From contig CAYNBL010000001.1 in assembly GCA_964395205.1 (NCBI GenBank), positions 10,113 through 74,112 on the forward strand: a DNA stretch of 64,000 nucleotides. Reading direction: 5' to 3'. Each line of letters starts with the position of its first letter. The first letter of the stretch is position 1. The notes beneath the pieces are model-generated. The model made no database searches. It saw only the letters and a list, made by a program, of their open reading frames with translations, and was not told the DNA's origin. The stretch comes from an uncultured bacterium (GTDB lineage: Bacteria > Fidelibacterota > Fidelibacteria > Fidelibacterales > Fidelibacteraceae). Below, piece after piece: positions 28,085 to 37,289 of this stretch. A program made the translations under genes and the position numbers.

Positions 28085-28100
28085 TGTTTCACGTGAAACA
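28085..28100. promoter_or_regulatory. parS (ParB/Spo0J centromere-like site), perfect palindrome
   Basis: TGTTTCACGTGAAACA matches the published parS consensus tGTTNCACGTGAAACa. It lies in the dapF-mfd intergenic region. Confidence 0.75.
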
Positions 28101-28144
28101 GATACAATAAAAGATTCTTCTTCGATTTTCATTTTTAAGATTGA

Positions 28145-31100
28145 ATGAATTTTGTAATATTGACCATGTTGTCATCGTCATCAAAAAATGTTTCACGTGA
28201 AACATCCAAGGTATCTGATATTTTAGAGCTCTTCCGTGGTGATTTGGATTTTATGCGCGGGATCTCTTTGCTGGAACATCGCGATTCACTTGTATTAAGC
28301 ACAAGCAATTCAACATTTATTTTGTTTTGGCTAAAAATGCTCAGGGATCAAGGATATTTTCCTCTTGTTGTTTTTGATAAGGAGCGAGATGCCGAGGCTT
28401 TTTTTTCAGACGCCCTTGGCTTCTTTGCGCCAAACACCCTGGCTTGGATCCCCTTGTTTTCTTCGGGATCTTCTTTACACGAAAACCCTGCTCTTGAAAA
28501 TCACATTTCTCGCTTTCTTGATGATCATTATCATAATTCACTTGATATTGTTTTGTCTTCCCCTCAGATATTTAAACAGCGCGTACCGGATAAAATTGGG
28601 TTAAGAGAAAACATTTTACATTTTTCAGTCGGGAAAGAAATAATTTATTCTTCTCTTTCCGAACAACTTATTAAAATGGGGTATCAGCGAAGCAATGCAA
28701 CAGAATTTTGCGGAGAGTTTGCATTACGTGGTGAAATTTTTGACATATATGCTTATGGAGAAACATACCCCTTTCGTATTGAATTCTTTGGGGATAAAAT
28801 CGAATCTGTAAGACGCTTTAATCCAAGTGACCAAAATACCTTTGATACTTGCGAATACGCCCATGTTCGCCCGGCTTCTTTTTCTGTGTTCTCACATTCA
28901 ACAATCTTGGATATTCTTCCCAAAAACACCGTTGTTGTAAAAATTTGGGATAAAGATATTAAAGAAGAAATTAGTTTTTATAATGCCGATCTTCCTTTTA
29001 AACAGGTTTCGTTTAAAACGGCCGAACCGGGTGCTGATGTACATTTTTCCATGGCCGATATAGAACCGCCAAGAAAAGCTGGTTCGCCAAAGTTCTATGA
29101 AAACATATTAAATGAACATCAGCGTATTTTAGTGTTTACGGAACACGATCTTGTTCGTCAATCGTTTAGAGAAAAACTTGGCGAACGCGCGTCTTATTAT
29201 CCCCTTAACGTGCGGGTCGGTTTTCATTATAAACCGCTTGGTCTTGTGCTTCTTTCCGGACGTGAAATATTTCATAAAGAACACTATGCAAACCCCAACA
29301 AAAGATTTATTCCCGAGCGTTCAACGCGCGTGGAAACATTGGATTCTTTGGAATACGGAGAGGCTGTTGTTCATGTAGATTATGGGATTGGAATATATCG
29401 CGGTATTGAGCTTCTAGAGTTCCGGGGAATAAAACAAGAATCCATGGTGGTGGAATATAAAAATAAAGATCGTGTATTTGTGCCTATTCGCTATATGAAC
29501 AAGATATTTAAATATAGCGGTGAAAAACCAGCTAAAGTTCATTTGGACCAAATAGGCAGTTCGCGTTGGGAGCAGGCAAAAGCGACAACGCGAAATTATT
29601 TGAAAAAAGCGGCCTTTGATCTATTGTCACTTTATCGGGATCGCAAAAAACTTTCAGGATTTGCCTTTCATGCCGACACCCCCGACACACTGCAATTAGA
29701 AGCAAGTTTTCCTTATGACGAAACACCTGATCAGCAACAGGCAATTCAGGATATCAGCCAAGATATGGAACAGCCAAAGATCATGGATCGACTAGTTTGT
29801 GGAGATGTGGGTTTTGGCAAAACGGAAGTAGCAATTCGCGCTGCCTTTAAGTCGGTATATTCCGGTAAACAAGTTGCCGTTTTAGTCCCGACCACCATGC
29901 TTTGTTTTCAACATTACGCAAGCTTTCATGAGCGTCTCGATGCTTTTGGTATTAACGTGAGTTATATAAATCGTTTCGTTAACCCCAAAGAACTTAAAGA
30001 ACGGTTCAATGGAGTTAAAAACGGACATATTGACATTCTAATAGGGACGCATAAAATATTGTCTAACAACTTGTTATTTAATGATTTAGGGTTGTTAATT
30101 ATTGACGAGGAACACCGCTTTGGGGTAAACCATAAAGAAAAAATCCAAAACATGAAGCGCCTTGTTGACGTGTTAACCCTTACCGCCACACCCATCCCAA
30201 GAACGCTACAACTTTCGCTTGTTGGCTTGAGGGACATTACCAAGATCGACACCCCACCCAAAGAAAGGCTTCCCATTTCTACAAAGATCATGTATTGGAA
30301 TGATGCTGATATTAAGGCGGCCGTTCAGCGAGAATTGGAAAGAAACGGGCAAATATTTATTCTCCATAATGTGATCGAAGAACAGCCTGCGTTGCGGGAA
30401 AAAATTGAAGAGATGTTTCCGTCTTTCGGTGTTAGAACCGCTCATGGGAAAATGGTCGGTAATGAACTTGAAAATACAATGCTAGATTTTTATCATCATC
30501 GTTTTGATATCTTAATTTCTACAACCATTATTGAATCCGGGATCGACGTCCCCAACGCAAACACACTGATCGTTATGAACGCTCATAATTTTGGTCTTTC
30601 ACAATTATATCAGATTCGCGGACGTGTCGGCCGCTCATACAAAAAAGCTTTCGCTTATCTTGTTGTTCCCCGGGGTAAACATATTAATCCAATCGCAATG
30701 AAACGTCTGCAAACTTTGGAATATTATACCGATCTGGGTTCCGGTTATCAAATTGCAATGCGAGATCTTGAGATCCGTGGTGCAGGTTCTCTTTTTGGTG
30801 TTGAGCAAAGCGGACATATTAATCGGCTGGGTTATGCTTACTTTAATCGCCTATTTACGGAAGAAGTGGAAACTCTTAAATCTGCAGATTCAAATGAAGA
30901 AATGAATATTGGCGGGGTTCCTGATATTCACCTTGAGCAAGCCGCTTATCTGCCGGATAACTACATTAACAATAAAGATGTTCGCATTTCCTGTTATCGC
31001 AAAATATCAGAAATTCTTTCTTCGCAAAAGAAAGACAAACACGCCCTTCAAGATCTCGAACATCTTAATTGGTCCATTAAGGACCGTTTTGGTGAGCTTC

Positions 31101-31375
31101 CATGGGAGACCGTAAATCTCTTTGAGGAAGCTCGTTTGTCCCTTTGGTTGAAAAATTTTCATATTGAATCATTGATAAAAAAAGATGGCTTTCTTATCTT
31201 GACATTTCAAAAGAACGTTCAGCTTACGCTGGTACAAACTTCTGCCGGAAAGCTTTTACATGTTTTTAATGAACACGATATCGCCATTGAGTTCATATCT
31301 AAAAAATATTTGTCCGCAAAGGTCGGCATGAACTTCCTTTCGGCCTTTTATGTGGGAACAATTAATTCACCGTAG
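28145..31375 (+). CDS. mfd: Transcription-repair coupling factor
   Basis: 1076-aa ORF with a CarD-like RID (AVVHVDYGIGIY) and SF2 motifs GDVGFGKTEVA, DEEHRFG, TATPIPRT and QLYQIRGRVGR. The start is uncertain; ATG 28253 would place both parS copies outside the gene. Confidence 0.93.
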   Translation: MNFVILTMLSSSSKNVSRETSKVSDILELFRGDLDFMRGISLLEHRDSLVLSTSNSTFILFWLKMLRDQGYFPLVVFDKERDAEAFFSDALGFFAPNTLAWIPLFSSGSSLHENPALENHISRFLDDHYHNSLDIVLSSPQIFKQRVPDKIGLRENILHFSVGKEIIYSSLSEQLIKMGYQRSNATEFCGEFALRGEIFDIYAYGETYPFRIEFFGDKIESVRRFNPSDQNTFDTCEYAHVRPASFSVFSHSTILDILPKNTVVVKIWDKDIKEEISFYNADLPFKQVSFKTAEPGADVHFSMADIEPPRKAGSPKFYENILNEHQRILVFTEHDLVRQSFREKLGERASYYPLNVRVGFHYKPLGLVLLSGREIFHKEHYANPNKRFIPERSTRVETLDSLEYGEAVVHVDYGIGIYRGIELLEFRGIKQESMVVEYKNKDRVFVPIRYMNKIFKYSGEKPAKVHLDQIGSSRWEQAKATTRNYLKKAAFDLLSLYRDRKKLSGFAFHADTPDTLQLEASFPYDETPDQQQAIQDISQDMEQPKIMDRLVCGDVGFGKTEVAIRAAFKSVYSGKQVAVLVPTTMLCFQHYASFHERLDAFGINVSYINRFVNPKELKERFNGVKNGHIDILIGTHKILSNNLLFNDLGLLIIDEEHRFGVNHKEKIQNMKRLVDVLTLTATPIPRTLQLSLVGLRDITKIDTPPKERLPISTKIMYWNDADIKAAVQRELERNGQIFILHNVIEEQPALREKIEEMFPSFGVRTAHGKMVGNELENTMLDFYHHRFDILISTTIIESGIDVPNANTLIVMNAHNFGLSQLYQIRGRVGRSYKKAFAYLVVPRGKHINPIAMKRLQTLEYYTDLGSGYQIAMRDLEIRGAGSLFGVEQSGHINRLGYAYFNRLFTEEVETLKSADSNEEMNIGGVPDIHLEQAAYLPDNYINNKDVRISCYRKISEILSSQKKDKHALQDLEHLNWSIKDRFGELPWETVNLFEEARLSLWLKNFHIESLIKKDGFLILTFQKNVQLTLVQTSAGKLLHVFNEHDIAIEFISKKYLSAKVGMNFLSAFYVGTINSP
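28189..28204. promoter_or_regulatory. parS, second identical copy
   Basis: The identical 16-mer TGTTTCACGTGAAACA sits 104 bp downstream of the first copy, inside the longest mfd ORF (codons 15-20). Confidence 0.75.
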
Positions 31376-31450
31376 AAATTGATGCCCATAAATAAACATT
31401 TTATTTTGTTCGCTTGTGTGTTAAATTTTCTTGATAAAATTGGAGTATAC

Positions 31451-33136
31451 ATGAAACGTCTTTTTCTGCTTGTGTTTTTGTTCAGCCTTTTGGTGACATC
31501 TTGTACGATAATGACCGATAAAGACATTGCCATCGTTGATGGGAAAAAAATCTCGGTTGAAGAATTGTACAAATATATCTCACCCGAAAGTTTTAACGCC
31601 CTTTCACCCGAAGAAAAAGAACTTCAGGTTGAAAATATTTGTAATGATTATCTTGCTCGTTATTATCTTGAGGATCACGGGGATCTTGATTCCGGTGATG
31701 TTATGTGGGAAATTCATGGTTGGGAGGTTCGCGAACTTGCAAATGGCGCATATCAAAATTTAATTATTGATAAATTGCTTACTGAAAAAGCTAAAAAAGA
31801 ATTATATGAAAAAATGAAATATGAGCTAAATGTTAGCCATATACTTATTGGTTTCGACAATCCCAGCAAATTAAATGATCGCACGCGCGAAGAAGCCGAC
31901 GCCCTTGTTGAAAAACTTTCTAAGACATTAACGGTTGAAAATTTCGACGATTATGTCCTTCAATACTCCGACGACCGGAGCAAAGAAGACAATAAGGGGA
32001 ATTTTGGCTGGACCAAGCTGGGTTATTTTGTGGAAAAATTTGAAGATGCCGCTTTCGCTCTTGAGCCCGGAGCAATTTCTGATCCTGTTGAAACCGCCCT
32101 TGGGTTTCATTTTATTAAACTCAACGACCGGCGGGAAATCCCGGTTGAGCCCTATGAAAATTTACAGCTTGATATCACAGAGATTATATATAACCGCTGG
32201 CAATTAAAATTTATGAACCGGGAAGCTGCTGTTTTTGACTCTCTCACAACGGCCCGACCTCTTGTTTATAAAGATTCTATCTTGGTAGATTTTATTGATC
32301 GTTACCGGCGCTTGTCTACAAACGTATTTTATTCCAAACAATTCACATCATATGATATTCTTGATGTATTTAGCAATACGCTCACCCTGGGATATATTGG
32401 GGACACCCCCTTGAATAAAGATTGGCTTATTGAATATTTAAAGTTAATAAGTCTCCAGATGCCCCCCCGTTTTACGGATTTACCCTCTTTTGAAAGTTTC
32501 ATAGGGCAGAATTACATGGGCTTCCTTCTCTGTGGAGCAGCTAAAAACATGGGGCTGGGTAAAAACAAAGATTACCTGCAAACCAGAAATGTCTATCTTG
32601 CCAAAAAAGCATCCGGTCTTTTTGACAAACTTTATGTTTTTGAACAAATTAATCCCGACAAACAAACCCTACGTGACTTCTATAATGAATTTAAAGATAA
32701 GCTATATAGCTACGAACCTCGTGTTCGCGTTCGGGAAGTATTGCTGGAAAATTCAACTTTTGCAAAAGAAATATTTAATCGCGCCAAAAACGGTGAAAAG
32801 ATAGAAAACCTAGCAACAGAATATTCCATAAGAAATATCGGCAAAAAAAATAACGGCTTAATTCCACCTGTTAAAAAGAACCAATATGGCGAAATGAGCA
32901 TTGCGGCATTTAATATACTTGACGGTGAAATTGGCGGTCCATATAAAATTGGTGAACATTATTCTGTTATTCAGCGCGTTGAATATATCCCCAAAACTTA
33001 CCGCGATCTTAAGTCGGTCGATTATCGTTTGCTTACAGATTATAGAAATCATTATATGAACGACAAGCGTCAAGAGCAAAATGCAATGTTAAAAAACACC
33101 TACTCTGTGAGGGTAAATCCATCGTTTATAAAATAA
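31451..33136 (+). CDS. Parvulin-type peptidyl-prolyl isomerase lipoprotein (SurA/PpiD-like)
   Basis: Lipoprotein signal MKRLFLLVFLFSLLVTSC. Rotamase domain with NVSHILIG...GFHFIKL. The longest ORF starts at 31379. Confidence 0.8.
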   Translation: MKRLFLLVFLFSLLVTSCTIMTDKDIAIVDGKKISVEELYKYISPESFNALSPEEKELQVENICNDYLARYYLEDHGDLDSGDVMWEIHGWEVRELANGAYQNLIIDKLLTEKAKKELYEKMKYELNVSHILIGFDNPSKLNDRTREEADALVEKLSKTLTVENFDDYVLQYSDDRSKEDNKGNFGWTKLGYFVEKFEDAAFALEPGAISDPVETALGFHFIKLNDRREIPVEPYENLQLDITEIIYNRWQLKFMNREAAVFDSLTTARPLVYKDSILVDFIDRYRRLSTNVFYSKQFTSYDILDVFSNTLTLGYIGDTPLNKDWLIEYLKLISLQMPPRFTDLPSFESFIGQNYMGFLLCGAAKNMGLGKNKDYLQTRNVYLAKKASGLFDKLYVFEQINPDKQTLRDFYNEFKDKLYSYEPRVRVREVLLENSTFAKEIFNRAKNGEKIENLATEYSIRNIGKKNNGLIPPVKKNQYGEMSIAAFNILDGEIGGPYKIGEHYSVIQRVEYIPKTYRDLKSVDYRLLTDYRNHYMNDKRQEQNAMLKNTYSVRVNPSFIK

Positions 33137-33156
33137 AATACTTTATTTGCCTTTTA

Positions 33157-33900
33157 TTGGTGTTCCTGTTGTTCTCCGGGTGTGATGTTTTATTTTTTCA
33201 CAAGGATCCGCTTGTAGCCAGAGTTCAAGGGCGGCTTCTCCGCACATCCGATATAAATAAATTATTGGGAGAATCTTCTTCAAAGCAAAGTCGGGATCAA
33301 TTCATAGAACATTGGGTTGATCGGCAATTATGGGATATTGAAGCAAAAAAACATGTTCGTATAAACTCAGATTTGCGAACGCAACTCGAGGAATATCAAT
33401 CTTCTCTTATAATTCGAGAGTATCAAGAAAGTTTTGTTTTAAACAAAATTATGGTGCATGAAAGTGATGTCCTTAAATACTACAATGAACATCAGGGCGA
33501 ATTTATTACACCGAACGCTGCAGCTTTTCTTGAAATATATACTACACCTTCCCGAGAGGTGGCAAACCAAATATTGGTAAGTCTAAAAAAAATAGAGCGC
33601 CCCACCGTGCCCGGACAAATTAAACTGGTTGATAAGGGGTGTTGCATAGAACCGATTGATAAGGCTGTTTTCTCCAAAGAGAGGAAAAGTATTATTGGCC
33701 CTATTTTTCATTCAGATCAATATTTTGTACTTTCCGTTATTGAATATTATCCCGAAAATTCTCTGTTACGCGTGGAACATGTTCGAGATGATATCATACA
33801 AAAGCTGCAAATGGCGGAGCGCTCAAGTGCCCTGCAACAAAAACAAAAAGAATTAAAGGATCATATTAATGTCAAAATTTTCAAAACTTCTGATCGCTAG
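33157..33900 (+). CDS. SurA-N/PpiC-like chaperone lipoprotein (no clear rotamase motif)
   Basis: 247 aa with a TTG start and the lipobox LLFSGC. The layout resembles chaperone domains of PPIase paralogs, and the gene is flanked by PPIase genes. Confidence 0.5.
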   Translation: MVFLLFSGCDVLFFHKDPLVARVQGRLLRTSDINKLLGESSSKQSRDQFIEHWVDRQLWDIEAKKHVRINSDLRTQLEEYQSSLIIREYQESFVLNKIMVHESDVLKYYNEHQGEFITPNAAAFLEIYTTPSREVANQILVSLKKIERPTVPGQIKLVDKGCCIEPIDKAVFSKERKSIIGPIFHSDQYFVLSVIEYYPENSLLRVEHVRDDIIQKLQMAERSSALQQKQKELKDHINVKIFKTSDR

Positions 33901-35155
33901 TGTTTTACTTATTAGCGCTCTTTTTCTTCCCGCACAACAACTGGTTGATGGAATTGCGGCCATCGTTGGGGAAAATATTATTTTATATTCAGAAATGAAC
34001 CAATATGCCTTTGAGATTGCACAACAAAGTGGCATAGACGTTTATAATGATCCACAGGCTTTTAATACCATCCAACAAGACGCACTTCGAGATTTGGTAA
34101 ATTCTAAGATTATTATTCTTCAGGCAGAGGCTGACTCGATTGAGATCAATGAGCGAAATGTTGAATCGACAACAAACCAGCAAGTCCAACAATATATAGA
34201 AATGGCCGGATCCGAAGAAATGCTAGAGATGTATTTTGATACACCCCTTAAAAAAATTCGTGAAATGCTTTACGAACGGGTTAAAAGTTCAATGATCTCT
34301 CAACAGCTTCAAAGCGAGAAGTTTTCCAAGATCAAAATATCACGACCAGAAGTAATTGATTTTTACAACACCAATAAAGACTCTCTTCCCGATCTTCCCG
34401 AGCGCATAGATATTGATCATATTCTAATCAAAGAAAAGCCCTCTCCCGAATCAAAAGAAAAAACTCTTGATATGATACAGAAGATAAGAGATGAGATCAT
34501 TACGGGTATCCTAACCTTTAAAGATGCCGCTTTTCAATATTCCCAGGACCCCGGTTCTGCCGAAGATGGGGGAGACTTGGGTTTTGTCCCCAAGGGTACT
34601 TTTGTAACTGAATTTGAAAAAGCAGCCTTTGCTTTACAGCCTGGTGAAATTTCAGAAGCGGTTGAAACACAATTCGGTTATCACATAATTCAAATGGTTG
34701 AAAAACGCGGTGAACTTATCCATGTTCGCCATATTTTATTTTCCATCCAAACAACCGAGTCAGATAATCAATATGTTATTAACCTGTTATCCACATTACG
34801 CGACAGTATCTTGGAACAGGGTGATTTTGAGTATTTTGCACGAAAATATAGTGAGGATCCGGATGTAAAAATGAATGGTGGATACCTTGGTGAATTTGCC
34901 ATTGAAACTCTACAGATACCAGAATTTGGAGAGGTGACAAAAAACATGAAAGCCGGTGAAATTTCAGAACCCTTTATTTCCCCTTATGGCTTTCATATAC
35001 TACGTTTAAACAAACATATTCCTTCTGAAAAGATCAGCTTGAAAAACCATTATCCTATCCTTGAAAATATGGCTTTAAATCAAAAACAATCGGCTTTCTG
35101 GGAAAACTGGATGGAAAGTTTATATGGAAAATACTATGTGGAAATAAAGTTTTGA
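33869..35155 (+). CDS. surA: Periplasmic chaperone/PPIase SurA-like with two parvulin domains
   Basis: 428 aa with a signal peptide and two rotamase signatures (IDHILIK...FGYHIIQM and VRHILFS...YGFHILRL). Confidence 0.8.
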   Translation: MSKFSKLLIASVLLISALFLPAQQLVDGIAAIVGENIILYSEMNQYAFEIAQQSGIDVYNDPQAFNTIQQDALRDLVNSKIIILQAEADSIEINERNVESTTNQQVQQYIEMAGSEEMLEMYFDTPLKKIREMLYERVKSSMISQQLQSEKFSKIKISRPEVIDFYNTNKDSLPDLPERIDIDHILIKEKPSPESKEKTLDMIQKIRDEIITGILTFKDAAFQYSQDPGSAEDGGDLGFVPKGTFVTEFEKAAFALQPGEISEAVETQFGYHIIQMVEKRGELIHVRHILFSIQTTESDNQYVINLLSTLRDSILEQGDFEYFARKYSEDPDVKMNGGYLGEFAIETLQIPEFGEVTKNMKAGEISEPFISPYGFHILRLNKHIPSEKISLKNHYPILENMALNQKQSAFWENWMESLYGKYYVEIKF

Positions 35156-35391
35156 TTTGGGGATAATTTTAATAATTCTCTCTTGTTTTGTGTTTTTTAG
35201 CAATTGGAGGTGAGTTTATCCACATTTCTCATTTGTTTATCCACTTTATAAGACTTTCATAATTCGCTTATAATAAAGCGTATTTAAAAACTATTCACGA
35301 AATTCACAGTATTAAGAATTTTACTATGTATTTTAAAGAAAAAGATATTAAATTAATAGACGTTAATGTTTATAAATGATTGAGGTGATAA
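35156..35391. other. Candidate oriC / DnaA-regulated dnaN leader (DnaA boxes plus AT-rich tract)
   Basis: A perfect TTATCCACA lies at 35216-35224 and TTATCCACT at 35237-35245. Weaker TTCAC-type boxes lie at 35291-35310. A very AT-rich stretch at 35310-35385 sits directly upstream of dnaN. Confidence 0.4.
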
Positions 35392-36504
35392 ATGAAATTT
35401 ACTGTTTCAAAAGAAAACTTTTTCAATGTTTTGCAAAAGGTATCTAACGTAACCCCGGTAAGATCTACTTTACCGATCCTATCTTGTATTCTTTTTACCG
35501 CAAAAGACAACACTCTTAAAATGCGTTCCACCGATCTTGAGATCACAATGGCGGCTTCATGTGATATTCAAATAGAAGAAGAAGGAGCTATTGCCATACC
35601 AAGTAAAATTATAAAAGAGATTACAAGCGAACTCCCCAACACACTTTTAAATTTTCATGTTGAAGATGAACAGATAATCATTACGACAGAATCCGGGGGC
35701 GAGTATAAGATCATGGGCCATCCTGCGATGGAATTTCCAACAGAACCCATTGTTGACGACAGTAAGATTATTACACTTCAGGCAGATAAGTTCAAACGTA
35801 TTGTAGAAAAAACAGGTTTTGCCGTAAGTCGAGACGAAATGAAAGTTGCCCTGAATGGTGTTTTGTTTCAATTTAACGAAAATGAATTAAGAGCTGTTTC
35901 TACTGATGGTCACCGGTTGGTAAAATATACACTAAAAGAATTTCAAGGCGCCGAAGATATAAAAGATATTATTGTTCCACCTAAATTTCTCAACCTGTGT
36001 GTAAGCAGTATTAAAGACGTTGAGTTCGTGACACTTCGTATTGGACACAACCATATTATGCTTGAGCTATTAAACACAACGATATATTCGCGAATTATTG
36101 AAGAACGTTTTCCTGATTATGAAAGCGTGATCCCAGCGGAAAACGACAAAAAAGTACTTGTAGATATTGATCAATTATTATCAGTTGTAAAACGTGTTGG
36201 TATATTTGCAAGTAAAAACACGCGACAAATATCACTTAGTTTTTCACACAACAGCGTATTAATAAAAGCAGAAGATATAGAAACAGCTTCAACAGCCAAA
36301 GAAGAGCTTGCGCTCGAATACAAAGGTGAAGATTTTGTTATTGGATACAACTCTGATTATTTACGAGAAATGATACGCCATATTGATGGTGAAAAAGTTG
36401 ATATCCATTTAAAAAACGCCTTGATGGCTGGCTTATTCTTCCCTGTAGAACAACAGGCAGATGAAGAGATACTTTTCCTCTTAATGCCCATCCGTCTTAT
36501 GTAA
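35392..36504 (+). CDS. dnaN: DNA polymerase III beta sliding clamp
   Basis: 370 aa. The N-terminus is MKFTVSKENFFNVLQKVSNV..RSTLPILSCILF, followed by ..AVSTDGHRL.. and the C-terminal ..LLMPIRL. Confidence 0.95.
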   Translation: MKFTVSKENFFNVLQKVSNVTPVRSTLPILSCILFTAKDNTLKMRSTDLEITMAASCDIQIEEEGAIAIPSKIIKEITSELPNTLLNFHVEDEQIIITTESGGEYKIMGHPAMEFPTEPIVDDSKIITLQADKFKRIVEKTGFAVSRDEMKVALNGVLFQFNENELRAVSTDGHRLVKYTLKEFQGAEDIKDIIVPPKFLNLCVSSIKDVEFVTLRIGHNHIMLELLNTTIYSRIIEERFPDYESVIPAENDKKVLVDIDQLLSVVKRVGIFASKNTRQISLSFSHNSVLIKAEDIETASTAKEELALEYKGEDFVIGYNSDYLREMIRHIDGEKVDIHLKNALMAGLFFPVEQQADEEILFLLMPIRLM

Positions 36505-36528
36505 GAACCAATAATAAACAGGTGGTTT

Positions 36529-37224
36529 ATGAAAAAAGCGCTACTATTAATTTTTATAGTATCCCTTTTCTTTTCCTGTACGTCATTTATCTATTATCCC
36601 AATGGTATTAACGCCCCCCTACTTCAAGAAAAAGATGAGCTACAGGTTAATTTAGCAATAAAAGGACTCGGTGGTGATATTCAAGGCGCATATGCGTTTA
36701 GTAATCATTTTTCAACACAATTAAATATTAACATGCTTGATGTTTTTGGAAATGAGTTTGGTGTAGCACACAATTCAGGGCAATATTACGGAGAGGCCGC
36801 AATCGGATATTACGCGTCGATAACCCCCGGGTTTGTTTTTGAGGCATATCTTGGAACAGGCCACGGAACCACATTCTTTAGAAACACAAACACCGATGTT
36901 CTTCGTACGACCGATTATCACAAAATATATGCCCAACTTGATGCGGGCTTTAGAACAAAGAATTTTAAAATTGGTTTGGCATTTAGAGAAGCTTTTGTAA
37001 ATGCATACAAAGAAAAAATCGACGGTGTTGTTACCGGAGATCAATATATGGATACTTTTTTTGAGCCGGTAATATTTATGGCACTTGGTGGAAAAAAATA
37101 TAAGATTAATGCGCAGCTTGGTTTTTCTGAAGCACAATTTGACGCTATAATAGATTATGCACCCCTTATAGTTTCACTGGGGCTTGAAGCAAACTTTTCT
37201 CTCGCAAAAACCAAACCAGAATAA
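36529..37224 (+). CDS. Putative outer-membrane beta-barrel lipoprotein, function unknown
   Basis: Lipobox LFFSCT, an alternating hydrophobic beta-strand pattern, and aromatic-rich strands. Confidence 0.45.
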   Translation: MKKALLLIFIVSLFFSCTSFIYYPNGINAPLLQEKDELQVNLAIKGLGGDIQGAYAFSNHFSTQLNINMLDVFGNEFGVAHNSGQYYGEAAIGYYASITPGFVFEAYLGTGHGTTFFRNTNTDVLRTTDYHKIYAQLDAGFRTKNFKIGLAFREAFVNAYKEKIDGVVTGDQYMDTFFEPVIFMALGGKKYKINAQLGFSEAQFDAIIDYAPLIVSLGLEANFSLAKTKPE

Positions 37225-37289
37225 AACCCGAAAAAATAAATTATTAACCCCATACTTTTAATAAAGATATTTTTATATTACATAGAAAT

